A DNA stretch of 64,000 nucleotides from Octopus sinensis. Lineage: Eukaryota. The stretch is from positions 173,476,001 to 173,540,000 of the forward strand of contig NC_042999.1 of NCBI RefSeq assembly GCF_006345805.1. Direction: 5' to 3'. A program made the position numbers and the translations under genes. The stretch's first letter is position 1; every line of letters begins with the position of its first letter. Under the pieces are notes generated by a model that was not told where the DNA came from, did not search any database, and saw only the letters and a list, made by a program, of their open reading frames with translations. This document shows, in pieces, positions 1 to 12,850 of the stretch.

Positions 1-743
1 CAGGCCTATGAGCTGAATCCAATGTAGGAATCTAAAGTATAGAGCGGTAAAGAATGTTTCCCACAATGTTCAGTGAAGATCAGTGATAATTTGCTTTGTA
101 TTAACCTCCTCATCAGAGATCTGTATTTATTGTTTCGCTCTGCCCAGTAGTTATTATTGGCACGTAGACTTATTACATTTTGGAATGCATACAAAAATGA
201 TTTATCGTTAATAGCTCTTCAACTAACATGAGGAAGCGATGTTTAAGTAATTCGATAGCTTTCATCACAAAAGTAAACGAAAAGTAATCATGGATGTAGT
301 CTGTTTGAGGTATAACTTTACTCGATGATACGGAACAAAATTTAGTTTTTTTCGGGTTCAGTTCAAAATCTTAAATCTATGTTTATATCTCTTATTCATA
401 GCGCATAAAACTTTAAGAAAATAGTAACAAAACCAATGTAGACTGGATCATTACTCGTAATTCTTGATCTGTTCTTCTACAATTTATTTATTTCCTTGAA
501 AAATGTAGGATTTCTGGTGACATGAAATGCAAATTGTTAGTTGGAAGGTTTTGATATTCTGCCTTCAATTACCGGTTTAAGGGAGAGACATGATTATAAA
601 AAGTGACCGACACTTTGATAAGTTTACTAAGATGACTGTCTGAACATATATTTGATAATAGTAATGATTACATACCAACTAATTCATAAGTTATGTGAGC
701 AAGATAAAGTTTTATATATATATATATACACACACACACAATA

Positions 744-1124
744 GCGCAGGAGTGGCTGTGTAGTAAGTAGCTTGCTTATCAGCGACATGGTTCCGGGTTC
801 AGTCCCACTGCGTGGCACCCAGGACAAGTGTCTGTAGCCTCAGGCCGACCAATGCCTTGTGAGTGGATCTGGTAGACGGAAACTGAAAGAAGGACGTCGT
901 AAATATGTGTGTGTACATGTGTGTGTATGTGTTTGTGTGCGTGTATGTTTGTGTGCCTGTGTCTGTCCCCCAACATCGCTTGACAACCGATGCTGGTGTG
1001 TTTACGTCCCCTGTAACAGCGGTTCGACAAAACAAGCCAATAGAATAAATACTACGCTTACAAAAAATAAGTCCTGGTGTCGATTTGTTCGAATAAAGGC
1101 GGTGCTCCAGCATGACTGAAACAA

Positions 1125-1126
<2 letters not shown>
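744..1126 (+). mobile_element. tRNA-derived SINE, family A (internal TA/TG microsatellite)
   Basis: Head gcaggagtggctgtg-ggtaag with B-box-like gggttcagtccc; body shared with about 10 other copies in the window; lies in an intron of the dynein relic. Confidence 0.85.
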
Positions 1127-1211
<85 letters not shown>

Positions 1212-1217
1212 ATATAT
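1127..1217. repeat. (TA)n microsatellite
   Basis: Direct reading. Confidence 0.95.
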
Positions 1218-4200
1218 CTTATGGTCATGGATTAAATAACTGTCACAGCGATTTACAATCGTAAATAGGTTTCAGATATTCATGATGAAATTTTAATCTT
1301 TGATGCACAACTAAAGCAATGATTTTCGCAGTAATGGTTTTACGCTGAAACAACGCCAGTTTTATATAGGAGAATGGGATTGATATTAATTGGTCTACTA
1401 GTATTGTAACTGTTTTATCGATTCCCGTGGACTAATAAATAACTGGGTAAATTACTCTAATTCAGTTTCTATTTTGTTTGTATATTTTGTTTTGTGGGTG
1501 TTTTTAATAAAGAAAATAAACATATTGTACTTTGTATCGTTTTAATCGCCCATTCTGAGACAGAAAAATGGTTTGACACTTTAAAGACTTGAACTCAGAG
1601 ACGAGGCAGATTAGACTATAATTTTATAGAATGTTGTTAATCAGTCTCTTACCTGACCTCTCATGCACTACTCTGCTGATCCAAAACGAAGAGCAATACT
1701 GTTTGGAAATTGCGTTTTATTTTTATCTCTCTTCCTAATGTGTTTCATATCTCGTAAATATGTTTCGCTTTCTTATCTGACATGATTATTGCGTGCTTCT
1801 TAATTATTATCTATTCAATTAGTACATGATCTTAGCACATATTACATTTTACTAAGACAATGAAAATAAACCGCTCACATTCAAATATACCAATAGCAAC
1901 CAATAATCAGCATTTTGACATTTTCCTATCGTACTGTTAATGTTTTTCTGAGTGATAAAACTTTTATCGCAGTGTATGTTCTCTTTTGTATGTCTTCTTC
2001 TGAATATTAACGTCAACGCATTGCAAAGATAATGTTGCCATTTACGAACTATAACATGGATGGCGAACCTATATATTAATATGTGAAGACTGCACGGATT
2101 TTGGTATAATAAAACATGGCTGTATTTGTTTGTAAAATGCAATTATTGTTACTAAAGAAAGATAAAATCATGAACTTATAATTACTTAATTATATAACAA
2201 AATTTAATGGATAGATATAACATTATACATTCTTATTTTAAACGTTACTCAAACATGCGACGAGTTTTATTTGCCTAAAATTTGGAAATTTCAGTTTTCG
2301 AAGTACCAAGGTAAAAGTGGCCGGTATTATATTTTTCTTTTTTTTATCGGATTGCGATTGGTTGACAGCTTTCAGTTAAACTTTGCAATCATGATCTGGT
2401 GGAGTTTATTGATACTTTAAAGCTTTAATCTTTCAGATGCCATCCCGATTCTTGTCGATGTAAGAGGGAATCTAACTGATAGAGTCGTGCTTGTTGAACA
2501 AGATTTCTGATAATGCGAAAGGGGCATTCATCGACAGAATTGTAGCAAACAAAGAACTTGCTCAGGAATTTTTTTCAATATGTTTGATAGAATTTTCTGT
2601 GAATTTTGTCTTCCAGATGACGACGTGTGTACAGCTGAGTTTTGAGTATGTAATGCTTGCATATCGTTAAGTAGCATCAATCGTTTTAGCTTCTTCGAGC
2701 TAGAGTTCATATTTAATGCAGACGTTAAGCAAAACGAATCCAAAGAGCTGTCCCATTATGAGTGGCGATTAAGCTCAGTACTTGTTCATAAAGCTTAGAA
2801 TGAGTTGAGATGCATTAGAGAGACATAATGGTGTGACGCGAAGCGTTAAAATATCACTCCGTTGATTTTCTGTAGCTTTCATGAACTCAATGTGAATACT
2901 ATAGTTTCTCAAGGCATGTATGAGAATTCTTGTCATCAGTGAATTGACCCTGAAACATTAAACAGGAAATATGTATTCTGAAGACAACGAATAGTCGCAC
3001 GCAAACGCAACGAGCATTTTATTTATTCATACTTACAAACATTAAATAAAAGTATGGGATCTTTCAAATCGACGTTGAGACGTTCAAATTGTTGTGCAGG
3101 CTTGATACATTTGGCATGGAGCGAGCCGTAGACTGGTTGATTCATTTTCAAGTAAGTGTTGGAATCGTAGAATGATTTGTCTTTTAGATTGCACAAGTTC
3201 TTATTATATATGACTGTCCCAAAATTGAGTTATTGTCGGATGACACAAAAACGTATGTAAATTTATGATTCCAAGAAATATTATAAAATTTATCTTGTTA
3301 TAGCATCAGCGGCTGTGTTATATTCGCCAGGTCATACTTTTTTGACAGATAATTCAATAAGGTTATGAAATTTTATCATTTTTCGTTTTTCTTATTGAAA
3401 AGTGTGTAATGCAGTATTGCCTCACACTAAACAGATTTGCCATTTCATAACATTTTGTAGGATAGACTTAACACACGTTTTAATTGGTGAGAAATGTTAC
3501 TCAAAATTAGATAAGTTCTGGAAAACAAAGCGGAATGTTTAATGTACTGAGAATGGCATTTCGAATGTAAATTCCAGAAGCATTAGTTCAAAAAGTAGAG
3601 GAACATCGGATAAGATAGTTGGACGAAAGGAGCTTTCTGCTGAGGTTTTTAGTAGACACCTTTGTGCTGTGGAAAAGTAAGATGTAGTAGGGTCTTGACT
3701 TAGTTCTGATAAAGAAAATACAAATTTGGTGCAGTTATATAGTATTGGCCGGTATCAGATAATCAGCAAGACGTATCAGTTTTCCCAACCTTTTCAGTGA
3801 ACTGGTTTGTATTGTGTATTCCGAGTAACAAATGGATGTCTGACCGAGAAGACATTTGTCATTGTTTATATAATATTGGAGTTGTTCAGTACTGAAATAG
3901 ACCGAAGTTTCCATCATGCTCTTCAATCATTTCACCAATGACCATAAAATTCTCGTGATTTGTGTGAACTCCCTTGATATTGTTGGTGATTATATCATCC
4001 ATCATTCTTTCAGAAGCACTTACGACATTAGTCATGCAAAAGTGTAGATTTGTAAACTGGAAAAAAGGTTCCAAGAGCTTGAAAACCAGTGTATTGCTAT
4101 TATGGAGTGGAATATGAACTAATGCTGCTTTCAAATATAGTTCTTGCATGAAATAGAATGCATGAAATTGTCTATGTTGGGAGTGCATGGGTGTCAGTAG

Positions 4201-6955
4201 CAGTTAATTGCATGTAAATAGTTGGTATAAAAAAGAATATTGTTATCACTGTTTTTCTAACTGCTACCGCTTGTGCTGGCCATGGATAGACTGAGGACTC
4301 AAAAGTACTATTATAAAAAAAGTTGTTTTAATCATTTAACAAACATTTCATCAGGTGAGATTTATTGGCGATTGATTTCAAATCGCTATACAGATGTGAC
4401 AAAATACGAGATGCCTGTGACATGAAAGCAAATACTTAAATGATGCCCCGAGATCAAATATAATAATGTTGTGTTAAGAAAGTTGCATCCCAGAATTTCA
4501 GAGCATTACTCGTTCGACAAAACATTTAAATGGATCGTGTCTTACAAATATACATATATGAAGATTCTGAACTAAAGATGAACAAATCTCTTTCACGTAG
4601 GTGAATTACAAAATTATAATTTTCCCCAGTTTCATCAAATGGACATGTGTAATCTGATGTCTGGGACTTAGCAAACCCTTGTGAAAGAGCAGAGGCGTTC
4701 AAACCTGCATGATCTGATAGTGCAATTTGTGTGCATATAATCCCACTGGATCTACCTCTAGGTCCACCTTTGCGGCATCCAATACAAGTTTAAGCAATAC
4801 AAAATAAATGTTAGAATGATATAAGCGTACAACACACATGAAATAGAGGGAAATTTCACGCTTCGTAATGGTTGCAGAGGATAACATCGAAAAATTGGAA
4901 GATAACCTACAAAAGTCTCTGAACTAAAATCCAACCAAGGAATACAGATAAAAAATAAGAATACGATGTCGCCTTTTTCCAGATATTCGGATAGAAAACA
5001 ACGGATATATCACTTCCGTTTTACATCAAATAAACATATATATTCTACACTTATAAAGAAACAGTGGAGTTCCACAGAAATACAGTCAACAACAAAAATG
5101 CACTACTTTGAAGGTTAGTGAGATTTCCCCCTCTATAAACGGAACTATGGATAAAAGAATCCACAGAGTGTAATACACACTAAACAACAGCAGGTCGTCT
5201 AACAAATTGATGTACCAAATGCAAGATACATAAATATAATGCATCAACTACTTCAGATACTATCTGCATCAAAATTATACTGGCTAAGCAAAATATAACA
5301 GGAAAATAGATCAACACTACAAAAACCCTTATAAATACAAAATCGATCATACGAAACCATAAAACAATAACATATTACAAAGACACTAAGAGTTTGAAAT
5401 TGTGCAATAAAGCACAGCCATGTAGACTTCCAATGAAACAACAGCCAATGTGTGTAATGCATCTGATTGTAAACATGAGGGTGTAAAAATTACGACTACA
5501 GTTGTTACAATGCTCACACAGTTATGATACTCTACCACTCGCAAACCATATACTGACAAGGAACGAACGCAAGGAACTATACTACATAAATATAAGCTAG
5601 AGCGCAAAGCATCAGCTTAAAATGTATCTATACTGTGCAGAATTCTTCATGCATTCAGAATATTAACGATAAAACTAATTCTCATATGGCAATATAATAT
5701 TAAAATATATATTTTCGGAAGCATTACACTAGTCAAAATTAAATGCAAAAACCCCAACATGCAATGATAGTGAAATTCCAATAGTAATACCTACATCAAT
5801 CACATTGAGCTTATTAACATTTAAACAGATAGTAGCGTGAAGCATCATCAATTCTTACTTGAAATGAGATTGTGAAAGTATTGAAACGTTGGTTATTGAT
5901 TTAGAAACTTTATAATTTCAAAGAAACTACCAGGAATTAATACAAAAAAATATCAGAAAAACAATTATTGTAAACAAAAAAATATAGTCGTGTTTTAAAA
6001 TGCAAGTCTAACGGAAATGTTTTTCCATATACTCAAATATATGTGTGTTAGTGCGCATGCGTGTACAATAATCGTTATTATTATTATTACTTCAACTATT
6101 ACTACTACTACTACTATAGTTTCATAGAAACGTATTCACACTATTGGTACTTAAATACGAAAAAACTTCCTTAAACATATGCTCAAGCACTGTCAGAAAA
6201 TCACTAACACTGCTATCAATCACTACATCACGAATATTATATGGACATAAATGATTTCATATATTTCTGTGAATATGCGTTTTATTTTGCTTGAATCTGC
6301 AATAAATTTTTAACATTTTTTCTTTAATTTTATTTTTAATTTTCCAGACACAAAAACACATTTCATTTAAAGATGTTATAATCTTGTCATATCTTGAGAA
6401 CATTTTCATAATATTAAAATTCAATTTTCAACATTTTTTTGAGGACTTTATAACGACCTAATGCATAAAATTCTTTGTATTATATCCTCTATATCCTTCC
6501 TTTTTAACACCCTATATCACACACTTATGAGGAAAAAAAATCTTTTAGATTTCTCTTCCATCTAAAATAACGAGAAAGTACTTGACACATTTTATCGCTT
6601 CAATTTTATGATAAAAATCACAACTATTGCATTAGCCGATCGATTTTACATTCACTCTAATTCCATATAGTTATACGTTCTGTGAAGAACTAAAGACAAG
6701 AATAATTGATAGATAGTTTCATTCAGTCCGTCACTCTTTTCTTTTTTCGTCATTTATCATCTGAGAAAACTTTGTGGTTGCAAACATTTTCCTACACTTA
6801 ACAATGAACTTAGTCGCACACACACATATACATATGCACATTCATGTATTTACACATAGAGATATATGTAGACATCTATATATATACATATATCTATATG
6901 CATATATATCTATACACATACACATGCACATTCATATGTGTGCATGAATGTATAT

Positions 6956-7004
<49 letters not shown>

Positions 7005-7222
7005 ATTAGAGATAAAACCACTATTAGGCAAATCATACAATGAAAAACTTAAGCCAATACATAAGATTAATTAATTTATATTATTTTAAATATATATCAA
7101 AATTATTAAAAAAAGATAATTAGTATAACACTACGATCGTTTCATGGCTGTCCAAGTCGTAAAAATTCGAGTTACAGTCATTCTTCAGGTGATTGAAATA
7201 TTTAACTTAGCGAGGCTTAATA

Positions 7223-7272
<50 letters not shown>

Positions 7273-7279
7273 GATAGAC

Positions 7280-7312
<33 letters not shown>

Positions 7313-7325
7313 TAGATATAGATAT

Positions 7326-7445
7326 ATATCACATAATCACGTGACCGACCAGGCTATCAGATATTGCTACACGTCGCTGGTCACAATGCGCTTCGCATTG
7401 TTTAACCTTCAAATGACGCCACCCCGCTGGCTAAGCGAGCAGGCC
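7326..7445 (-). mobile_element. Short interspersed-repeat fragment, possibly the 3' end of an RTE-type LINE
   Basis: GC-rich 120-bp island between (TA)n tracts, ending on minus in ...ggtcacgtgat. Family assignment is from recollection only. Confidence 0.3.
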
Positions 7446-7568
<123 letters not shown>

Positions 7569-7939
7569 ATATGAATAAATACGGTTATATTTCGGTATGA
7601 TCATTTTTTTTTTTGCCAAATAACATACTATATATTCGCTCTAAAGTATTGTTCTTATTTTATGTGTTTTGTCAGGAAATCTTTGGTTATTGACAGTAGA
7701 CCAATCAGAACGGGTGGATACTTGTCAGAGTCGCTGAAGGTGTCACAGTATGTGCGACAAAAGATTGGAGAATGAATATATAGTGCGTGTGTATATATGG
7801 CAAACAAAAATGACCATCCAGAAATATAACAAGATGTTACAACACGATTTCACATCAGGGATCTTAAAGAACAAATGCATAAAGGTATATGTATGTATGT
7901 ATGTATGTATGTATGCATGTATGTATGTATGTATGCATG

Positions 7940-8071
7940 GTACTTATTCTATCTGTCGCTTTTGCCGAATCGGTAGCTAACGGAGAGATAAACACCGCAA
8001 CATCGCCTGCCGAGCGATGGTAGGAGGACAGACAGACACACAAACACACATATACACACACACAAACACAC

Positions 8072-8125
<54 letters not shown>

Positions 8126-8270
8126 ATAACGGGCTTCTTTCAGTTTCCGTCTACCAAGTCTTTGGTCGCTTGAAGCTATAGTACAAGACACTTGCCTAAA
8201 GTGCCACGAAATGGGATTGAACCCGGAACCATGTGGTTGGTACGCACGCTACTTACCACACACCCACTCT
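7940..8270 (-). mobile_element. SINE family A, 3'-truncated
   Basis: Reverse complement of the family A head and body (acccggaaccatgtggttgg...acttaccacac). Confidence 0.8.
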
Positions 8271-8427
8271 ATATACATATACTACTATTTACAAGAAAAA
8301 TGTATTACAGGGACTTGGAAGTTACTCTATATGTACTAACCCAAATTGTATTGAGTTTGAATTTGGTTTAACGTTGAATTGCTTTTCCATATAACTTGAC
8401 ATAATACCATTCTTTAATAATAACAGA

Positions 8428-8567
8428 CAGTAGAGTGTGGTAAAGGAGCCTGCCTTTCAATAACTTATTTTGGAACTCAGATCTACTCCACGGCACCTAT
8501 TATTGTTCCAAGCTAACCAATGCTTCGGTAGTGAAATCGGTAAGCGGAAATCGTGTGGAAGCACATC
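8428..8567 (+). mobile_element. Highly decayed SINE family A 5' half
   Basis: gtgtggtaa..., cggcacc, ggtaagcggaaa and gaagcacatcgtata align loosely to the family A head. Confidence 0.4.
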
Positions 8568-8651
8568 GTATACATACATACATACATACATACATACATA
8601 CATACATACATACATACATACATACATACATACATACATACATACATACAT
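8568..8651. repeat. (CATA)n microsatellite
   Basis: About 20 units, direct reading. Confidence 0.95.
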
Positions 8652-8987
8652 AAGTGTGGTAGAAGCCGTAGCCACTCATAATAAAAAGGGAGTACTGTTG
8701 GAATGTCCCAGTGAAGACCTTAATAAAATGTAAGCAAAAAACCTGGTATAATGATTTGGGATACAGATGTGAAAATTAGCTGCCCAACGGACGTTAACAT
8801 AAAGCTGAAGTTCAGTGAAAAAGAGAACACCTACATTGAACTATTGAGAAATCTGCAGTTACTCTATCGGCATACATACATACAAATAATACCCTGTTGT
8901 TGATGAAATCCTATGAAATACCCTTGGATATAGGTTAGAAACCGACTGTTTCTCTGTTGGCAAGAAATCTTTATATAAAACTGAACA
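8652..8987 (+). mobile_element. 5'-truncated RLE-type non-LTR retrotransposon (endonuclease fragment plus 3' UTR), (CATA)n-associated family
   Basis: Translates across frameshifts to VVEAVATHNK..YCWNVP..PxIMIWD..ISCPTDVNIKLKFSEKENTYIELLRNLQLLY (PD..D..K RLE region). The 3' UTR (ccttggatataggttagaaaccg...) recurs at ~31920 and ~32610. Confidence 0.7.
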
Positions 8988-9031
8988 ATGTTTATATTCG
9001 ACGGATATTTGTCCTCATCTTGTTTGTTGTT

Positions 9032-9076
9032 AACACAACATTTCGGCTGATATTTCTCAAGACTTCATAAGGTGTC
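9032..9076 (-). ncRNA. Degenerate minimal type I hammerhead ribozyme motif (copy 2)
   Basis: Minus strand: gacac-CTTATGA-agtcttgagaaatatcagcc-GAAAT-gtt-gtgtt. The core has two mismatches; the stem I pair gacac/gtgtt is retained. Confidence 0.45.
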
Positions 9077-9132
9077 TTGAGGAAATTTCAAAACTGGATT
9101 TTCATTCCTAAGGTATTTTTTGATAGTATTTT

Positions 9133-9154
9133 TATTATTATTATTATAATAATA

Positions 9155-9238
<84 letters not shown>
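9133..9238. repeat. (ATT)n/(TAA)n microsatellite at the 3' end of the Dong-like LINE
   Basis: Direct reading. Confidence 0.95.
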
Positions 9239-9241
<3 letters not shown>

Positions 9242-12200
9242 TAGTTTTATTTTTATAGCGTGCTTTCACTTCAATACCGAGCGCAGCTCAGTGTGCCTTG
9301 GGTATGTGCTGTGACTTGTTGTGATGCTCTGATGGTTATTGTATGGAAAGTGTTCTGCGTAGGATGTGTGCGGTGCCTAGTAGTGCAATTTTCTGTATGT
9401 TATATGTGTTTGTAAGTCCTGGTGTTTTTGTTATGTATTTGTCTGAATATTTTTTATTTGTATTTTGAGTGTTTCTCCATTTCTTTTAGAGACACATTGT
9501 CATCTGCCGGTATTGATACATCAATTAGAAAGCATTTTTTTTCTTCATGATCTCTGACAACTATATCTGGTCTGTTGGCCTTAATTTTTCTGTCTGTGTG
9601 TATCGGCATATCCCAGAGTATGGTTGCTTTCTCGTTTTCTGTGACCTTTTCTGGTGTGTGCCTATACCATCTTTTTTCTGTTGTTATTCCATAATGTTGG
9701 CATAACTTCCAGTGTATGTAGGTCCCAACTTTGTCATGTCTGTGAATATATTCCTTCTTAGCCAGGACTGGGCAGCCAGAGATAATATGATCTATTGTTT
9801 CTTGTCCATCTCCACATATTCTGCAGTAACTTGTTATATTTTTTTTCGTTACATATTTTTGGTAATTTCTAGTGGGGAGGCTTTGGACTTGTACTGCATT
9901 TAAAAATTCCCCTGTCTCTGCTTTGAGTCCTGAGCTTCTCAACCATTGCTGGGATTTTTCTTTGTTTATTTCTTTTGCATTTAGTTTAGTCCAGTATTTA
10001 TGAAGGGGCTTTTCTTGCCATCGTTTTATCATGGTTCTTTGCTGTTCTAGTTTTAGTTTGGAGTTCCTTTGTTTTATAGCTTTTGCTGTTTCTTCATCTT
10101 CTTCTTCTTCCTCTTCTTCATATTTGTTAGGTGGTATGATTTCTTGTTTGTATTTGTCAGCTTCCTTAAATACTGAGAACAGTTTTTTGATTTGCTCGTG
10201 TTTTGCCGCTATTTGTATCAGTTTTCCTTCCTTCTGAAGTAGATATTTTTGTAGTCCTATGGTGGTTATTTTATAGTAGTTTTCCAGCTGTATAAGGCCT
10301 CTACCACCTTCTATACGTTGTATATATAGTCTTTCTATGTCAGATTTTGGGTGATGCATCCTAGATCCTGTCATTATTTTTCTTGTTTTCCCATCTATTT
10401 TCCCAGTTCATTTAGTATCCAGTTAAGGATATTGTAGCTGTAACTTATAACTGGGACAGCTAAAGTGTTAATACCTATTATCTTATTTTTAGCATTGAGC
10501 TCTGTTTTTAGTATTGATCTAACTCGTCTATAATATTCTTTTTTATTTTCTCTTTAATTTGTGTGTGTTGTGTCTTATCTAGTTCATGGATTCCTAAGTA
10601 TTTGTAAGTTTGGCTTTGGTCTAATTCTTTTCTTTCATTGGTTTTATCTAGTGTGATGTTGCTACTCTTAACTAGTTTTCCTCTTTTCAGGGTTACTTTG
10701 GCGCATTTTTCTAATCCAAATGTCATATCTATTTCTTTGGTAAATCCATGAACTGTCTTTAATATTGTTTCCAGCTGTTTGTCATTTGAAGCGTATAGTT
10801 TTAGGTCATCCATATATAAAAGGTAGCTGATCGTTTTGCCGTAACATTTATATCCGCATCCAGTTCTATTTAGCATATCAGATAGAGGTGACAGTGCCAA
10901 GCAGAAAAGGAGTGGAGAGAGCTTGTCTCCCTGGAATATTCCTCTTCTAATGGGGATGGTTTTGGTTTTCACAAGTCCCTCTTTTGTTTGGAGCTGTAGC
11001 AGTGTTTGCCATTTATTCATAGTGTCCTATGCATTTTATAATTGTTGGTGCTATTTTGTTAATGGCTAGTGTTTCGAGGATCCATGTGTGGGGTATGCTA
11101 TCAAACGCCTTTTTGTAGTCGATCCAGGCCATAGTGAGGCATTTCTTCTTTCTGTGGCTGTCTTCAGTTATGGCTTTAATGATCATTAGTTGATCTTTAC
11201 AGCCATATGAGCCTTTGCGGCATCCTTTCTGCTCTTCTTGAAACAGGTTGTTTTCGTCCAGGTGCTTGTTCAATCTTTGCGATATTACTGCAGTAAATGC
11301 CCTGTACATTGTAGGGAGACAGGTTATAGGTCTGTAGTTTTCTGGTTTTGCTGTCTCATTTGATTTGGGAATTAAGATGGTTTTCCCCTTCGTGAGCCAT
11401 TCAGACATTGTCTTTGGCTCTGCTAGTATGTTGTTAAAGTTTTAAGCCAGCATTTTGTGCATTCCTGTTAGATATTTCAACCAGAAGTTGGTGATCTAGT
11501 CATGTCTAGGTGCCTTCCAGTTGCTTAGTCTTTGCAGTGCCTGGGTGACCTCTTCGGTTGTTATGGGGGTCCAAAGTTGCTCAGCTGCTGAGTTTGTTGT
11601 TTTAATACTCCTTTTTTTTTTGGTTGCTCGTTTGCCGACCATATTTCTCTCCAGAATTCTTCCACTTCTTCTGCCGTTGGTGCTGCAGTGATTTCTACTT
11701 TATATTTGCCAAGTTCTTGATAGAACTTTTGGGGGTTGGAGTTGAACTTTTTGTTTTGTTCAAAGAAACGTTGGCGTTTCTCGTACCGGCGGATCCTTTG
11801 TGCTTTGGCAAGGATATCTTGCTTTAGATTTTCTTTTATCTCAGGTAAATCTTTTTATGTGATGTATTTGCGGAGTATTTTTGTTGCTCAGTAGCGTTGA
11901 TTGTCTACTGATTTCATTAAGAATCGACAGATCTTTTCTCATTTTTTTATTTTGTTTTGGATGTTATTTATCCACAGGGTTTGTATGGGTGGTGGTACTC
12001 CTGTCTGGATGGGTTTGAGTGAGTATCCAGCTTCTTTTGTAGCTGCAGTGGCTGCTGCGTATACTAAGTCATTTAGCTCAGTGATATCGCTTTTTGTTTC
12101 AGTGGCTATTAGTTCCGTGACGGCTAGGTTTATGCTGTTTATAATTGGTGTTGTTGTTTTGTCTATTTTGATTTTTGGGAGGTATGGCCGGTGGTCCATT

Positions 12201-12314
12201 TTGAGCTCTGTGGTTTTCAGTTCTTTGATTATTCTACTTTTTATAGTATCATAATCATTAGGCTCCCCTTCGTTGTTTCCAGGTTTTAGATTCGTGTCGC
12301 TGTCTTTCTCATTT

Positions 12315-12316
<2 letters not shown>
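9239..12316 (-). mobile_element. R4/Dong-type non-LTR retrotransposon (RT, CCHC zinc finger, restriction-like endonuclease), frameshifted, inserted in (TAA)n
   Basis: ORF pieces: 11013-11408 (ILIPK..NYRPITCL, QKGC), 10508-11020 (GIFQGDKLSPLLF, YMDDLK) and 9454-10374 (CRICG..ETIDHIISGC, RHD, RPDIVVRD..IDVSIPAD..KEMEK). (TAA)n lies at both ends. Dong elements of the R4 clade are known to target TAA microsatellites. Confidence 0.9.
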
Positions 12317-12349
<33 letters not shown>

Positions 12350-12376
12350 GTTGTTGTTGTTGTTTTTGTTGTTAAT

Positions 12377-12450
12377 CAGGTCACTGCCTGTAATCGAATT
12401 CGGAATCTTGGTGTTAGTAGACCGCGCTCTTAACCACAACGCCTGTGGGC
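12377..12450 (-). other. tRNA-like Pol III head of repeat unit 2 (not a tRNA gene)
   Basis: ggcgttgtggttaagagcgcg (A-box-like) ...aagattccgaattcgattacaggcagtgacctg, followed by (AAC/AAT)n; no acceptor stem closure. Confidence 0.6.
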
Positions 12451-12562
12451 AACTATGGAGGGAATTTTAGGATTTATAAATCTAATATTTTCCTACAGCT
12501 CTATATTTAAGAGATGAGGAATTATGTACATTATTTACATTATTTACATTTTGACGAATTTT

Positions 12563-12593
12563 GTTATCTGGTTTCAGCCTTCATCAGGTGTCT
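12563..12593 (-). ncRNA. Degenerate minimal hammerhead ribozyme motif (copy 1, stem II deleted)
   Basis: Minus strand: gacac-CTGATGA-aggct-GAAAC. Both core halves are intact but stem II is collapsed relative to copy 2. Confidence 0.45.
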
Positions 12594-12621
12594 TGGGGAA
12601 ATTTCGAACCTGGGTATATTT

Positions 12622-12645
12622 CGTTGTTGTTGTTGCTATTATTGC

Positions 12646-12685
<40 letters not shown>

Positions 12686-12694
12686 ATTGTTGTG

Positions 12695-12749
<55 letters not shown>

Positions 12750-12806
12750 TATTATTATTGTTGTTGTTGTTGTTGGTGTTGTTGTTGTTATTGTTATTAT
12801 TATTAT
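12622..12806. repeat. Compound (GTT)n/(ATT)n microsatellite inside repeat unit 1
   Basis: Direct reading. Confidence 0.95.
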
Positions 12807-12850
12807 CCAGGTCAGTGCCTGGAATCGAACTCGGAATCTTGGGGTTAGTA
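12807..12850 (-). other. Truncated tRNA-like head of repeat unit 1
   Basis: tactaaccccaagattccGAGTTCGATTCCaggcactgacctg with an intact B box; near-identical to 12377-12420. Confidence 0.6.

Larger units (their letters stand above)
1..4720 (-). pseudogene. Decayed axonemal dynein heavy chain (DNAH6/DNAH14-like), N-terminal stem / DHC_N2 region; continues past the window start
   Basis: Manual minus-strand translation gives, in the expected order: RQFHAF (~4170), KRLGKLIRLADYLI (~3760-3800), PLLFELMLLEFTFEMP (~3560-3610), VNSLMTRIL after an 87-nt GT-AG intron (3036-2950; GTAAGT...tttcag), KTEISKF (~2280), LPTNN and RNPTF (~490-545), and a TLWET segment near the window start. From memory these resemble DNAH6/14 motifs (RQFKIF, RLTCFIRLNDYLI, PMFLTELIL, VEVSKF, LPPNS, RNPTL). 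There are many frameshifts and in-frame stops. Paralog identity is not verified. Confidence 0.65.

Noticed and set aside
1-4720. A-to-I editing rescuing the dynein stop codons
   Set aside because: The lesions include several frameshifts, which A-to-I editing cannot repair.
12377-12450. Genuine tRNA gene (likewise the SINE heads at 744, 38028 and elsewhere)
   Set aside because: A and B boxes are present but there is no complete cloverleaf or acceptor stem, and each continues into repeat body.
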